This document shows, one piece after another, positions 25,521 through 39,532 of a stretch of 64,000 nucleotides of DNA. The stretch comes from Tubiluchus corallicola (Eukaryota; Animalia; Priapulida). The notes beneath the pieces were generated by a model. The model saw only the letters and a list, made by a program, of their open reading frames with translations, was not told where the DNA came from and did not search any database. The stretch spans positions 655,353 through 719,352 of the forward strand of contig JAQGDQ010000056.1 of the NCBI GenBank assembly GCA_030141605.1. The letters run 5' to 3'. Within the stretch, counting starts at the first letter, position 1; every line of letters begins with the position of its first letter. The position numbers and the translations under genes are program-made.

Positions 25521-26869
25521 ATAGAGGAACATCAGAAGTGCAAATTCGTCCACTTGGTGCTATGTTAGTATAAGTGAAAGAAAAAAATTGATATAGCGCA
25601 TCTCCTTTTTGCAAGTTGCAAAGTTGCAAGCAAGGAATTGGCACCGTTTTACTTGCTGGGACTCTACAAGTTAATACATCTTGAATCCTGATGTGTAAAA
25701 CCGGTATTGACAGATATAGAAGAAATCATTGGTATGAAAAAATTAGAGTAGCAGAACTATAAAACAAAATGCAAACGAAATAACTGATTGTTTTCCATTT
25801 TGAATCTCAACAAAAAGGTTTTTAATGACATCAAATGACGTCAATGTTTTAAGGACATTGTTTTTAATGACATCAAATTTAACTGCAATTTCTATGTACA
25901 CATCAAAAGCCTTGGTCCAAAGCAAGCAGGTAAGTTTAAATTCCCATGGTTTATAAAGAAATTCTGGTGCGGCGCCGTAAATATACATAATTTTCAGATG
26001 AAAACAAGCTCTATGGTCAGAAATTTCGACGTTTACTGTTTTCTGAAACAATTTTTTTACCTGTAAAATCTGAGAGTAATACTCATCAGCGTATGTAAGG
26101 AAGCACGCTGAAACGTCCTATGGTTTAAATGTAAGAAAAATAGTTGCTCCTTTAATTAACTTCAGAATTGCTCGCAGCCGTTTGTTTTCAAAATCTTTTA
26201 TAAGTTCCGCATTTATGACCGGTGACAATTGTTTTTTACCTACCCACCTCACCGCCTTCTTCAAACACGTGCGTGTGTGTGTGTCACATTCGGGTGAACA
26301 TCAAAGATTGCTTGTATTTAGTTCAGTGGAAGAAAATAGCGGTATCACTCGAGCAGTAGTGGCAAACACTCCAAGCTAGAGTGTCATTGTCCTGAATACA
26401 AGAACGGGAAGCGTGCGAGTGTCTCAATTACCTAGTACGTTTAAATTACACAATCTTTACATGCCGGGATTTTCTCACGCGATGGTGCTTGTTTAAAAAA
26501 ATGTGGAGAATCGATTTATAACGTGTTAATATCATTTGGTAATAAATTCGCTTGAATTAGTGCGATGTGATTTTTACACGTATCATCGGTTGCGAAATAT
26601 GGAAAAAATAAGCAATCATAATCAAGTTTTAATATTCAAGGATAAAAAAGGTTTAACATTTCAATGAGACTTACCTTACAAAGAAACTGATTGTCATTCG
26701 CTCAGTAGCAGACGGACAGGAAGCAATACAGGAGCCATTAAGTGCTAAATCTCAAAAATCACCAAATTAAGCGCGAAATGATATAAACGGAAAGAGCAAC
26801 TAGGCGAATTAGAGTTTCATCTTCACATGTTCACTGTTTACAAAATGAATGACCACCGAGAAAACTAAA

Positions 26870-27520
26870 CAAAGCCTTGTCTGCCCTTCCTTCCTCTGTT
26901 TCAGAAATTTTAGGACCTTGATTATTCTTGCCTGGTTTATCCGTTTGCGGGTATCCTTTCTAGTCTTGAATACTTGTCCACTTCCTTGCATTTTTCGTTG
27001 TTTTTTATTGTTCTGTTTTCGGTTAGTGTTTAACTTTATCTTGCCTTGCTTTAGTTTGGCTTACTTTTTTCAAGTTTACTAGTCTTACTTTGCTTTGTCC
27101 ACCCTTTCATTGCATTGCTTCGTTTTGGCATATTTTGTCATACTTTTCTTGTCTGGTTTTATTATCATTTTTTATAATCTGCCCTGCTTTTTTATAATCT
27201 GCAATGTGGCGCGTTTTTCCTATTGCTTGCGTAATTTTTGCTTTGGTTCTTCGGCTCGCTGTGCATTTGTTCTGCCGTCTTTTACCTCAGCTTGCCTTTC
27301 TTGTTTTATATTGTATGTTTTGTATTTCCCAATCCTAGTTTGTATTTAAATGTCCTGTCTTGCTGTGTGTTGCTTTTGTTACTTTGTTTTGCTTTATATT
27401 GGGTTAATTACCTTGGTGTTTTGCCTTACTTTTTGCTTTGTCATTTTTTGACTTCTCTTGCCTTTTTTGCTTTGCTTTAAGTTGCCTTGCCTTGGCTTGA
27501 CTTACCTTACCTTGCTTTCC
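26870..27520. repeat. Degenerate pyrimidine-rich pentamer repeat (TTGCC/TTACC/TTTGC)
   Basis: T/C-rich low complexity ending in gttgccttgccttggcttgacttaccttaccttgc; the reverse-complement type of the 36440 repeat. Confidence 0.7.
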
Positions 27521-28282
27521 TTATTCATCTTATTATGAAAGTAGGTATTGAAGTATTTCAGATCTTCCATTTGTCTCTGTTATTGTGTCCATGCAAAACC
27601 GCATGCCGCGCTGTGATTGGCAGATGCACGTTGATGCACCTCGTGTGAATAAAAATTTGTTTTTACTTCAAAACTTTTTTCGTTATTAATTTTCACCTTG
27701 CGCGTGTCATTTAGAAAGTCTTTCTGGCGCCATTCCTTTACGGTATTCAAGGTACGAATGTGTTATAAACGGGAAAGTTAACGGGAAAATGAAAAACAAT
27801 GACACCACCAGCGAAAGTTATTGGAATCTGTAGCTAATGTTAATCTTTATGTTTACGATATCCCACTGTAGGAATTAGTTTTTTCAGTAGGATTCGCTTC
27901 TCTGCTTATAGTAGCCTATATGTTCACAATACACGGAAGTCTCTCGCCCCATTGCTTGTGTTCGCTTGGTTCAACAATAGTCGTAGTGCCAGCATTATTT
28001 ACTGTTGACCAAAACGCTGAAGCGGACAGGATTGCAGTGATCGCAGTCAAAAAATCAATAATTTATTGTCCAGCGAAGAAAGCTTAGTGTTTTTGTTTTG
28101 ATCACGTGATTACTCACTCAGATAATCACCGTCGACATGGTTTGAACAATGCTTAACGTGTAATTGGTGAAATGTAAATATGCGTGCATACTAGTTCACG
28201 GTGCATTAATTAGCGATTTTTGTTCTTTACAGGGCTTGTGTTTTTAACTTGTATTCATCTTTTGTAAGCTAATCAAGTGACA

Positions 28283-31200
28283 ATGAAGATTGTCATAATT
28301 GGATTATTACAAGCATTGGTGAGTCAGAAGTAATTTGTTTAAGATAACGTGTGCCAATTTCTCATTTAAATACATATGCTTATACTTCAGTAATTTTTTA
28401 TGCATCACTTAGTTAATAAACTTTGCTACAACAGAACATTTTTGGCGCGGGTACTGCAAACAATGCTTACAATACGTTAGCTAAAGGAAGTGATGTCAGC
28501 CGTTTATGGGGACAAATAAAATGTTATAAGCTAGTATACCCTTAAAGTGCATAATTGCGCTTTTTTATTGTTTTGAACGGATTTCGGACTTTGTTTCCCC
28601 ATTATTGTTGTTGCATTTTTTTGGAAAAATCATAAACTTGTTTGAACTTCAAAATTATGCATGTTTATATAAACATACCTGTAGTCAGCCTAGAAATGAT
28701 ACAATAGTAAGTTCATTTTGGCTCTAACTGTTAGCATTTGCGTTTCCACTGACCCACAGGTACAGATTTCACACTTAGATAAGCATTTTCTTGTCTGCCT
28801 TGAACTTGAAAATAAAGAAACTATTTTCTAGACAGTTCGTTTGAAGGTACAATAGTATATGCTTTCTATACACAACAGTTTCTGTGTCCAGGTAACGAGT
28901 ATACCATTAGTGTGCAAATGTCTTAAAGCTTGCAACCTGCCAGGATGTTCGAAACATTTTTAAACAAACTGCACATTATGGTTAACTGTTGTAATAACCC
29001 ACGTAACGCGATTAGTTTAATTGGATATTCCCTGCATGTGAACAGTGTGCCGAGCTTCTCAAATTGTTCTGTCTATCAAAGTACAATAGCACCTTTATAT
29101 TAACTCTACCTACTGTATCAGAAATTCGGTATAATAAATGTAGTTAATGAGTTCACTAGGTACGATTTTCAACTGCCAACAAGGAAGTTCTGTCATAAAT
29201 TTCTCCGTAAAACATGAGCACTGCTGCATATAATTATGATTATAATAATGTTGTCTGCTGTACAGTATTTCATATTACTGTTCAAAGCACTATATCTAGA
29301 GGAATTTACTATAAAAGGGTATAGTCTGTTAAAAATACTTATCAAAAAGAGTAATTATCACTTTTGTAAGCAAATTAGGCTTAGATTTTGCATTTTAAGT
29401 CTTTTTACGAAAAAAACTAACTTGATGGTGCCAAAAGTTCTGTATTTTTTTTTTCAAATTTACCAAATTTAAAATTTTTCAAATTTTGTAAGGATAAAAG
29501 ATAAAGGCATTTTGAACCTTTGTCCCATTTCCAAGGAAATTTTCACAGGAGAAGTGTAATCTGTCCTCCTTGTCAAACTAGAAAAAGTGTTCATCTCTCT
29601 AGCTAAAGAGCCATGAAAGTAAAACATCAAAATGAAAAACAAAAAGATTGCTTGGACGGGCAGATTCGTGTCTGACTATTATCAGATGTAGATTAGATTA
29701 AATCATATAAACAGGTAATCAAAATTCATAAACGGATAAATGAATAAAAAAATTAATGAACGAGAAAATCAATGAGTAAAGATTAAACAAAAGAACGTAT
29801 TAAGGCGCCACCGAGTTCATTTTCGCATAAATGAAAATAACAAATGAATGAACTAACGAACAAACAGTCAAGACTAAACGAACGAGTGAGCGAGTGAATA
29901 CATGAAGGAAAGAAGAAAAACGAAGAAAAGAAAAAATACACTGATAGAACACTAAGAATAGGAAAAGTTTACGCAACCTTTGCAAAAATGTAAAAAAAGC
30001 TGTTCTAAAAAGCTTCTGTTTTGCAATTACGCTTCATTATAGATCTTTTCTAGAAAAATTTTTTTTTTGCAATTATCAGTATGATATATAAAGGGTATGG
30101 TATGATATATGTATATATATATGATATACACTACAGCTATATTTATTATTATCTGCAAACCGCATATCGTTTGGTGAATGTGTAAATCACCGTCACTGAA
30201 AAAATTAAATTGTGAATGCTAGGCATTATTTTTTATTTCACGTCTATCTATAAAAACCAAGCTTTTTTGTTTGAAGCTTAAATTATGTTCGACTTTCAGC
30301 TAAGTCCGAAATTCGTTTGTTTGCTTTAATGTATAAAGTTAAAAATAGATTAAAAAACAGACGCATATCAACTCCCATTCATTAGCCTTGCAAATCTAGC
30401 AATGATTCTAAAACCGATACGCAATGTTTTCTCTGTCGCAAAATGCTCAGTGTCACACCTACCTTGCCAGAAAGTGGTATGCGTGACTTTGGTTTACTGG
30501 AGGCCAGCGCTACATTATTGACCACTGACTGGTGCATCGTAATAAGGATCTGCCCCAGAAACCCAGAATCGTGATTACCATGATCTGCTGGTGTTTACAT
30601 TGACCACTTGTGGCGTATAGGTTTTTGTGTACAGTTCAAATAGTAGATTCAGCCAGCGTGAAAGCAATAGTATAATATAATACAATTATTTTTCATTTTT
30701 ATGGATCATAATTTCCACATGAAACTCAAGTATTTATCAGCAGCGCAACAACAGTGACTTTCGAGGCAAACTGAGTGTCACACGTTACTTTCCAGTACCT
30801 CCACTAATGGCGCTTTGGGTTTCATCTCGTCTGTGAGCCAATTTTTTCCCAGTTACCTAATTAATCAGCTCCTACTTTTAGCTAAGGATGATGCGTTCGG
30901 CGCTGAAGTAATATGAATAAGTTACTCAAGACGAGTTAACAGTAATGAGTGATTCAACTTGACTCATTTGTGTGAAATCTATAAAAAGTTGTTTAGTTAC
31001 TGCTTAGAACGATCTGTATAGAGTATCAATCTTCTTATTAGATCTCTAATGGAAAATGTATCACATCTAAAGACTGACTGTCTAACTCTGTATACCGTTG
31101 ATTTGTATAATCCACTTTGAAACCCAAAGTATGTCTTTCAACTTTAAAGATATAATGCATTGAAATCTCATGTCAAGCATGCGCCAAATAGGCCGAACCT

Positions 31201-34200
31201 AATGGTTATTCAATTATACAAATACATTAATGTCAAATTTTGCATTTGAAACAACGACATTTTGTTAGCTTAGTTATATTCTCTCATTCTATACTTATAA
31301 CCCGTTACTCTTGTTTGAGGCCACCTATACAAAAATACCTATGTGGAAGACGTATGTCATACTTAACGACTCACCTCCTTCCGTTGAGTTGTACAATATT
31401 GTATTTTAAAATTCATCAATGTTTTTCAAGGCACATACCTTGCGTCTCGTGTCACAAATGACTAACCAATATTTACTAATTAGATATTAATTATACCTAC
31501 TGTCAAAGTTGCACTTGACGCCCGAACTTTTTCATAGTATGAACGTAGATTCGTACATCCATTCTTTTACCATTATGAGAAACTTGATGATTATGCGAAT
31601 GATTATTGTTAATGCTAAATCATTTTAGTTCATGAGCCAGACCAAAAAGACATATTGGTACCATGTACCAAATCAATAAATGTATATGTGTAACAGATGA
31701 TTTCATTATTTACTGGTATAAAGTTTTAGAAAAAAACGTTGGTAAAGCTTATCTCTTTACATGGTACCAATATTTGGTTTGGCTCACGGACTATTTTACA
31801 TTTTCGTTTTAGGTTTATGCTTTAACCGAAGCTCAAATTGACCCATGGCTGCCAATGACAGAAGCTCCAAACCCGGTGCTAGGTAAAAAGATCTTATGAA
31901 CCTAATTCGAGCCAATGTGTAAAATTTGTAAACTCAAAATCTATAAACGATTTCGATCATACCATTAATCCCGGAGATAACAATCGATTATGTACTAAAT
32001 TTCCTGCCTAGGAATTGCCTCAAGAGTCTTTTAAATGCTGCAAGACATTTTTATTTTGGCTGGCGAAGGGACTTAAAGGAGTGTGTTTTAACACTAGTGC
32101 TACGGAAAATCGGGGTTTTCTCTCTTTCACCCCAGTCACAATAGTAAGTCCAAAAAGAGAGTAATGGAGTAATTAGCCGAATACATTTGATCGTAATAAC
32201 AGAATCTTGCAGAATTTTAGAAATTGTGCTGATCACAGCAGTGTGAGTTTTCGTATTTTCACGTCACAAGTAATAACAGATAGTGGCCAGAGTTTAAGAA
32301 TAATTGCTATTGGGCGTGACACTGTGTCACAATTAATAGGTTTGTAGTGTGCCAAATGTAACGCAAATCAATTGGCTGAATTCAAACGACTTTCACATTG
32401 TAATTAAAACAATTAATATCAGTTGTTTTTCACAAAAAGCAATGACCCGAGGTTTTAATTTTATGTATTTAATGAAACAGTACCTACACCAGAGCTTTAT
32501 GCTATCTGTCACTAATCAAAATTGGGTAAAAACTGAACATAATATTAAAACTTGACAAAATTCAGTAAGTGAAGAAGTTTTAACATTTCCGAAACGATAA
32601 AGCCCTACGCACGACTAACTGAATCCGTTGAACCAAATGGCTATTTTCCTCACTAGCAGATAGACCACTGACCAACGGAGTGACTGTCTGACCATCTAAC
32701 CAATCGATTCAGTAGTCAAATACATTAATCAATCTGCCCATCCTTCACTTATTTATATATCCAGCTAATAGCTAACCAATTGACTTGTCAAACAACCGAT
32801 GTGTGATCGATCAACCAATCGAATGCCGAATGATCGAATACCAGTTAGCAAACCAGATAGATTGGTGGCTACCCAACTGCCATCAAAATAAACAACCAGC
32901 CATACAACCAATAACTGGCAAACCAGCTAGGCTACCAGTAGGCCGTCCAGTACCGGGCTTGCCAACCAGTTTGTCAGTTAACCAGCAATTTACCAATCTG
33001 TTGCCCACAAGCCAGCAAGCTAACGACAATCCCCTTACACGTGCTTTGAAGTTTCAATGACATTTTGATGGAAAACTTCTAACACCCTTTACAAAACCAA
33101 CAAATTTCAGTTTTCCTTGTTACATGCATTGTAATAGCGTTTATACCTATAATTGTAGCTTGACTGCTAGAGTCTGTCATATTATTCTGGCAATAGGTCA
33201 CACGGTAACTTGTCGTCCATGACAGTTTTCGACCATTGCTCTAGTTCTGCTGGCCTGCTGCCTTGCCGCTTGTGGGCAGATCACGGGTCCACTGTCATTC
33301 CAGGTATTTTACGCGAGTTAGTTGGTACCAGACAGTTTAGTAGATTATACCGGAAAATGTTTATGGCTTTACTGTAGACAAGGTGCCAAGTTAATTTGGT
33401 TTTAATATGTAGAGAAATTAATCATAGTCAGAACAATGCATGTAAAGTCAGAACATGTAAAGAATGTACAATGCAGCTCTAGGAAAGATATATTTGAATT
33501 TACATTAAACTCGCTGAGCGAAAATGACAAAACGCCGTATTTGTCGATGTTTATCATTTGTTGTTAGCACTAGTGTTTCGCTAAACTTCCGCAAAGTATA
33601 TGACATTTAATAGCAGGTCCGCTACAAAAGCTTTAAAGCAACGATTTTTAGTGTTACTACTGTTTATTGCTCGTTAACAAAATTCATTGTTAGTTACTAA
33701 TCTGTGTTAGATGGGTTGTTATATATTTAATAGTGTGAGCAATAGATTTGAACAAGCTCAGTTAGGGTAATAGTTATCTCCTCTAAGGAAGTCCTTAGTT
33801 CATGTTTGGGCTGGGAACCTTCCGACGATTATAATTCTTTGAGCTGTAGTATCACGGAAATAAAATAAATACCAGAAAACTTATTGTACTGCATGCTTTT
33901 ATTAGTCGTCTGTATCGGGAAAATAAGGACCTCCATAGACATTCTGAGAAAGCGAAGGTATGGAAAAAGACAAATGTGTCTCATCCGTGTTATTAGAACA
34001 GTTTATTGACTGTGATTTATAGAATAAGCAGTTTTGTTCGTCTTTATATTTGTGCGTCAGCCGTTTACACTTCCTTACAATTGTTATATTACCGGCTCGT
34101 TAATTTGTGATAATAATAAATAAAATGAGGCGAGTCATAGAACGTCAAACATGTTAAATTAAAGTATTCCTGCAGGCGGGTCTATATGGCGCAGACATAT

Positions 34201-37200
34201 ATGTCACTAATTTAATATATCTTCAGTAATAAATAATTTTCAATTCAAAAACACTTCCTACTGCCTGGAGCTGTTTAAGGTTTGTTCCGGTGTGGGTATT
34301 ACTGGCTCTCACTTGGGGATCACACAAGCATGAAATTTGAGCCGTGACAGTTTGTCATAGAATAATGCAGTTGACAAAGTAACTATTCTGCTTTAGTCAA
34401 TTATAAGGGTTCGGCGAGTTAAAAAGAAAGGGCTGCAGGTTCTGTGCAACTGCATGTTATTAATAAGCAGGTTATTTATGAGATGTTTATGTTTTTGTTT
34501 TAAGGGCTCGCCCAATTATAAGCGTTGTTGGAAAAAAGCCATAATTCCTCATATACGCTTTGTATGTTGTGAAATAGTATATGTAATCTGAGATTCTGTT
34601 CTGCCATTTAAATGATTATTGTCCTTTCAGGGAGTAATTACACAATTCAATAATGATACTTAACCCCATCGGAAAGTTTGCCATGTGTATGTACATGTTC
34701 ATCCCATTCTACCTGGAAAATGTCAGAATGCACAATCTAATTATTTATTACACCTGGATGTTTCAGACGTAAGAATAAACTGCGATATGAATCAACGAAC
34801 CATGACTGTAGAAGCCTTGTTCAGCCATTACTTTGGCGGTTACTTGTATGCCAAGGGCTTCTATAACGACAGAAGATGTAAAGCTTTAGGATCTGGACGA
34901 GATCAAAGTATCGCGTTAACCTTGCCGCTGGATGGTTGTGGGATTCACATAGAAACCACACCTGTAAGAACGAATTTGAGAATAAATTTGGGTGTTTTAA
35001 AGAAATAGCACTAACCCTTTTACTAAATTAACGGACGAAAAAATACGAATCGTTTTATGAACGATAAGGATCCATAATAAACTTGTTTGGCCTTTACATT
35101 TTAAATGATTTTAAATTATCTTTATGATTTTAAATTATCTTTTATTATTTAAAGCCATAAAACTTCGTAGATTTATCTGCTGATTTTTGGTTTTATCAAA
35201 CTAAAATAATATGACACAATTATTTACTTTATTTACAAATAAAATGGTTAAATTAAAATATGTGTATGCTGCATTGCAACTGTTACACTAGTGTTATTTT
35301 TGGACGAATAGAACTCCGTCATAGCCTATAGTACGCTTTAAAATCCGAATATATATTTGATTAGAGAACTGAAAATTAAAGCGATGCTTAAGGTAGTTCT
35401 GAGAGTTTTCGCAAAGTCCTGTAAAAAAGTTGTAAACAATAGACCTAGCTGATACAGTTAAATCTATCTTTTGTTTTCGCACTAATTGTTTATTTTACTG
35501 TTAGTGAGGCAAATGTCATATTGCAGATAAATTGTTTTTAATTGTAAAAGTTTTTTGCTGTAAGATAAGGTTAGACATATCATTGTGTCATTTCGACTAA
35601 TTTTCTGATTTTTCTGCAGGATGGGCGAGACATTTTGTATTACAGCAACACGATAGTTATAATGAACGAGGCTGAATGGGGCTTGCTGGGCATGATGGAC
35701 ACGTCTTATACAGTTTCATGTAAGATAGGTGGCGGCACCGTACAGAGATTTGACTACGGGTTCACTGTACCGTAAGTAGTCCAAACTAGGACTGTCACTG
35801 TCTTACATGCTCTAGTTAGTCTTAGGGTCTTAGGGTCTAAAACCAGATATGTGCTCGAAAATTTGGCAAGTAACGTGTTAGTTCATTTTACGAAACTGTG
35901 GGTCGTAAATGCCACGAAGGCGTTACTCAAAATTCATTTTTTAAAAATATTTTACTAAAATCTACAAATTAAGCTATGTAAATGTGCCCAACATTTGACT
36001 TTACCCTTGACCTAGGTCTCTAACTATAAAAACAGCCACGAGCTTGTTTGAGCTTGTAAGACTGTGGGGAAACACAATGCCATATGATCAACTGGTGTCA
36101 TTATTAATACACTTTACTATTAACATTGCATTTATAATTTTGATTGTAGGATGTTGTCTACAGTTGGGTCGCTGTTAGTAGAGTCAGACGCGCCAGGATG
36201 TTCAATGAAAATTGTATCAGGAAAGGATCCTCTGTCTAGCCCGACGACATTGTTGTTCCTAGGAGATCATGCAACCATTGTTTTTACTGCTGATGACAGT
36301 GGTGCGTACGGAAATAAATTTTGGGTTTATTGCTAAAAATAAACTAAGGAATATTGCTGAGAACAGATGGCATAGACATGGATGGGCATAGACATAGGAT
36401 GGGAAGATATTAGACTAGACGTGAAGAACTTCAATTCTGATAAGGTGAATTGAGGTAGGCAAAGGTAGGGGAAATTGAAGGTAAAGTCAGTTCAGGTCTG
36501 GTCAGGTAACATAAGGTAAGGTAAGACTAGGTAAGACTAAGAGGTTAGATAAGACAAGATAGACTAAAGTAAGGTATATCAAGATGAGGTAAGGTGAGGT
36601 AAGGTAAAATGATGTAAGGCAAGCTAAGGTAAGGTAAGGTAAGGTAAGGTGAAGTAAGATAGATAAGGTAAGGTAGGTAATGTGCGGTAACGTAACGTAA
36701 GGTAAGGTAAGGGAAGAATAGGTAGGATAAGGTTAGGAAGGCAAGGCAAGGCAAGGCAAGGTAAGGTAAGACAAGATAAGGCAAGCAATGCAAGGCAAAG
36801 TTAAGCAAGTTAAGATAAAGTAAGGTAAGGTAAGGTATAGTAAGGTAAGATAAGGCAAGATAAGGTAGGGCAACGTAAGTTGAGGTAACGCAAGGCAAGG
36901 GAAGGTAATGTAAGGTAAGGAAGGAGAGCAAAGCGAAATAAGTTGACAACTAGTCATTTTAGTCACTCGACAACGATGATTTCATATTTTTCAGATCGCT
37001 ATGACATGCTGGTTTCTGACTGTTTCGTTCATGATGGTTTCAGCGGAGAGGCTTTGCCTCTTATTGATGGAAATGGTTGTCCTACTCACAGAAAAATCAT
37101 TGGTTTTACAAACTATAATACGAGACTGGTACCAGGTCAGACGTATGCATATGCTCACTTTAAGGTAAGTGCAGAAATTCAAGGCAGACCCTGCTATTTT

Positions 37201-38996
37201 TCTCAAAATGTATCTCTATATCTTCGGCCGCAGTACCATCATTAACACACGACGTATATGCATCTCTTATATAATATCAGTATTAGTAGAAATGTGAAAG
37301 TCAACCTATATTCATAGTTTAATTAAGCAAGACTAATTTTTAGGGTCTTTTCATGGTATCTATATAGTGTCTGACTATCCATTAATTCAATCCTGTATGT
37401 ATGGATTGCGTGAGTTGCAAACTTGTGTATACTGTACTTATGACAGAACTATTTCAAAAATGGTTGCGCGAAAAATGTGACTTTTCTGAAAGTACTAAAA
37501 CTTTAACGTAGCAGAAAAATCCAGATAAAGAGCTACCTATGTTTTGAAAATTAATAGCAGCACGAGTTTGTTTGTGCTGGTTTTCAGTTCATACACAATT
37601 TCCTTTACTTGTTTATAGTACTTTAGAGCGTTCTGTAATGCTTGAGGTTGTTTATCTGTAGGTTTGATCTGGTGCAGTGCAGTCTGTCTGTGATCAACCG
37701 TCTTTCTTGTTTAGGTTTTCAAGTTTCCAGACAAGGACAACGTCTACTTCCAGTGCAAGTGCCATGTTTGTTTCGAGAACTGCAATCGGGTAAAGAAAAT
37801 GTTTCTAAAAAATTGAAACGCCTGCATTTTTGTTTATGTTTTTCTCATTTCTGTGACATGTATTTATTGTGACATAAATACCTAGTTGATGTAAACAAGG
37901 GCAGATCCATGCTTGTACTTACAATTCATTATTGGTGTTCTTCTGTACGTTTATAAGTGATTTAAAAGTTACTTAGGTGGCAGGTGTCCAGGTAGATGAA
38001 AATTTCTTGGGTTACAAGATTGCGTTATAAGGGAAACTGTAAGATAAGAAAACGTCCGATTGCGAACGGAAGGGTGTAGGATGGATGAGAATCTTAACAG
38101 AAAAAATAAATCTAACTACTTGCTTAGAGCATTTTAATAACGATTTTTTAAATGGGATAAAACGTTGAGACTCGATCGTTACATGTACAATTTATTACGT
38201 TTATTAAGTGTCTTTACCTTTATATATGGTGGGAAAGCAGACATAGTAAATGATTCCTCAACTGAACGCAGGAGTTTCTTCCCTGTCTTGAATAGGAGGA
38301 AAAAACTTTGTGATGGCTGACGTCGTTTGTGCCTTGTCTTATCAACACTTTTTAGATGCAGCCCTAAAAAGCGTGTTAGACTAAAAACTAAAACATTTAT
38401 AGCAGCCACGCTAAGAGTAATATAATTATGTGTACTGTTATACTATATATATATGTATAGGTAGCTGCAACATCGGTACATCTTTTTAAATCACTGTTTT
38501 AAGTAATTACATATCAGTTTAAATCGACTATTATATATAAATACATATTATTCTGCATAATTGCAAGAGCAAAAACATTGTTAATTGGTTAAGTTTCTAA
38601 GAACAAGAACCTGTTAATCAAAACCATTTAAATTTTATTGTATTAATTAATTTTAGCCTTGTCTAATTACGTCGTATAAAACTTGAAAATGTCATTATTG
38701 ATTTTTACTGTAGCCCACATGTTCTGATTTGGGAAGCTACAAGAAAAGAGGCAAACGACAAGCTCTAGAAGACAGAATAATCTTTGACGCAAGCCACAAC
38801 GATGATTTGAACCCAGCAACTCCGAAAAAGAATGTAACAGTTGATCTGATTCGTCAAATTACAGTGGCTCTACGCCCAGAACATTCAATTGGTAAGAAGA
38901 ATGTTATCGGTTATTTCGAAAACTAAGTCATGAATTATGCAAAAAGTACGCACAACTACAAATACATTTACGATACAAAGATGTGCGAGAGAGAGA

Positions 38997-39037
<41 letters not shown>

Positions 39038-39532
39038 AGAGGGTAACTGAATTAAGCAATTAAAATTGACTTGAAGATAAAATATTTATATTAAAGAGAT
39101 TCTTTTGCTGTACGTTGTTATCATGTTACAACTTACAATCGCTTTTTTGGCGTTTTATGTTAGGAGGGCAACACAATTTAACTTTATACCCGTCATACAA
39201 TCATAAACGATGTTTTATTTTTAGAGTCAAATCAGTTGCCAGATCTCCCTGCTCCAATTATTGCTGATGAAAAAAGAATCATAGAAACTCTTGAAACGCT
39301 TGATTATCCTGCTGATGACAACGAGTCAAGAATTCGTCGTACTTGTAGCAACAACACAGGTGTTCTCATCATATTAACCGTCTTGCTAGGGTTACTAACG
39401 TTGTTTTTTATGACTTTATCAGCTGCCTTGTTTCACAAGTCACGGAATGCTAGGAAACCCTTTACCGAATCTGCACTAGATGAATCTGTTTATTCGACAC
39501 GATCGACCAGCTATTTGCAGCCGATTCACTAA
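28283..39532 (+). CDS. Cuticlin-like zona pellucida (ZP) domain transmembrane protein, about 445 aa
   Basis: Exons: 28283-28318, 31813-31882, 34767-34963, 35620-35771, 36150-36301, 36995-37164, 37715-37789, 38714-38891, 39225-39532 (1338 nt, phase-consistent). Signal MKIVIIGLLQALVYALTEA; ZP-N (VRINC..MTV..F...F.G.LYAKG....RC, GCG, YSNTIVI, Y.VSC); ZP-C (GCSMKI, DCFVHDG, LIDGNGCP, AHFKVFKFPD..VYFQCKCHVC..NC..PTC); furin site KRGKR; EHP-like VDLIRQITV; TM helix VLIILTVLLGLLTLFFMTLSAALF. The first two exons are less certain. Confidence 0.9.
31626..31793. mobile_element. Short foldback/MITE-like inverted repeat
   Basis: Left arm tagttcatgagccagaccaaa..atattggtaccatgta matches the reverse complement of right arm tacatggtaccaatatttggtttggctcacggacta; ATTTT directly flanks both sides. 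Confidence 0.65.
32610..33030. repeat. Degenerate tetramer-like repeat (ACCA/ACTA/ATCA/GCCA)
   Basis: Periodic aacc/aact/aatc/agcc units inside a ZP-gene intron. Confidence 0.55.
36440..36945. repeat. Degenerate pentanucleotide (GGTAA/GGCAA)n repeat in a ZP-gene intron
   Basis: Runs of aaggtaaggtaaggt and aaggcaaggcaagg; source of the spurious LPYLT ORFs. Confidence 0.9.
38987..39041. repeat. (AG)n microsatellite
   Basis: Direct observation. Confidence 0.9.

Noticed and set aside
26668-26760. Perfect minus-strand donor AG|GTAAGT at 26674 as a distal 5'UTR exon of lipase B
   Set aside because: The only candidate acceptor (22419) lacks a polypyrimidine tract and copy A has no counterpart; unsupported without transcripts.
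26849-27480. Hydrophobic F/L/C-rich ORFs resembling membrane proteins
   Set aside because: Artefact of a T-rich degenerate pentamer repeat; no splice structure or motifs.
36545-36966. LPYLT-repeat ORFs on the minus strand
   Set aside because: Translation of the intronic GGTAA pentamer repeat.
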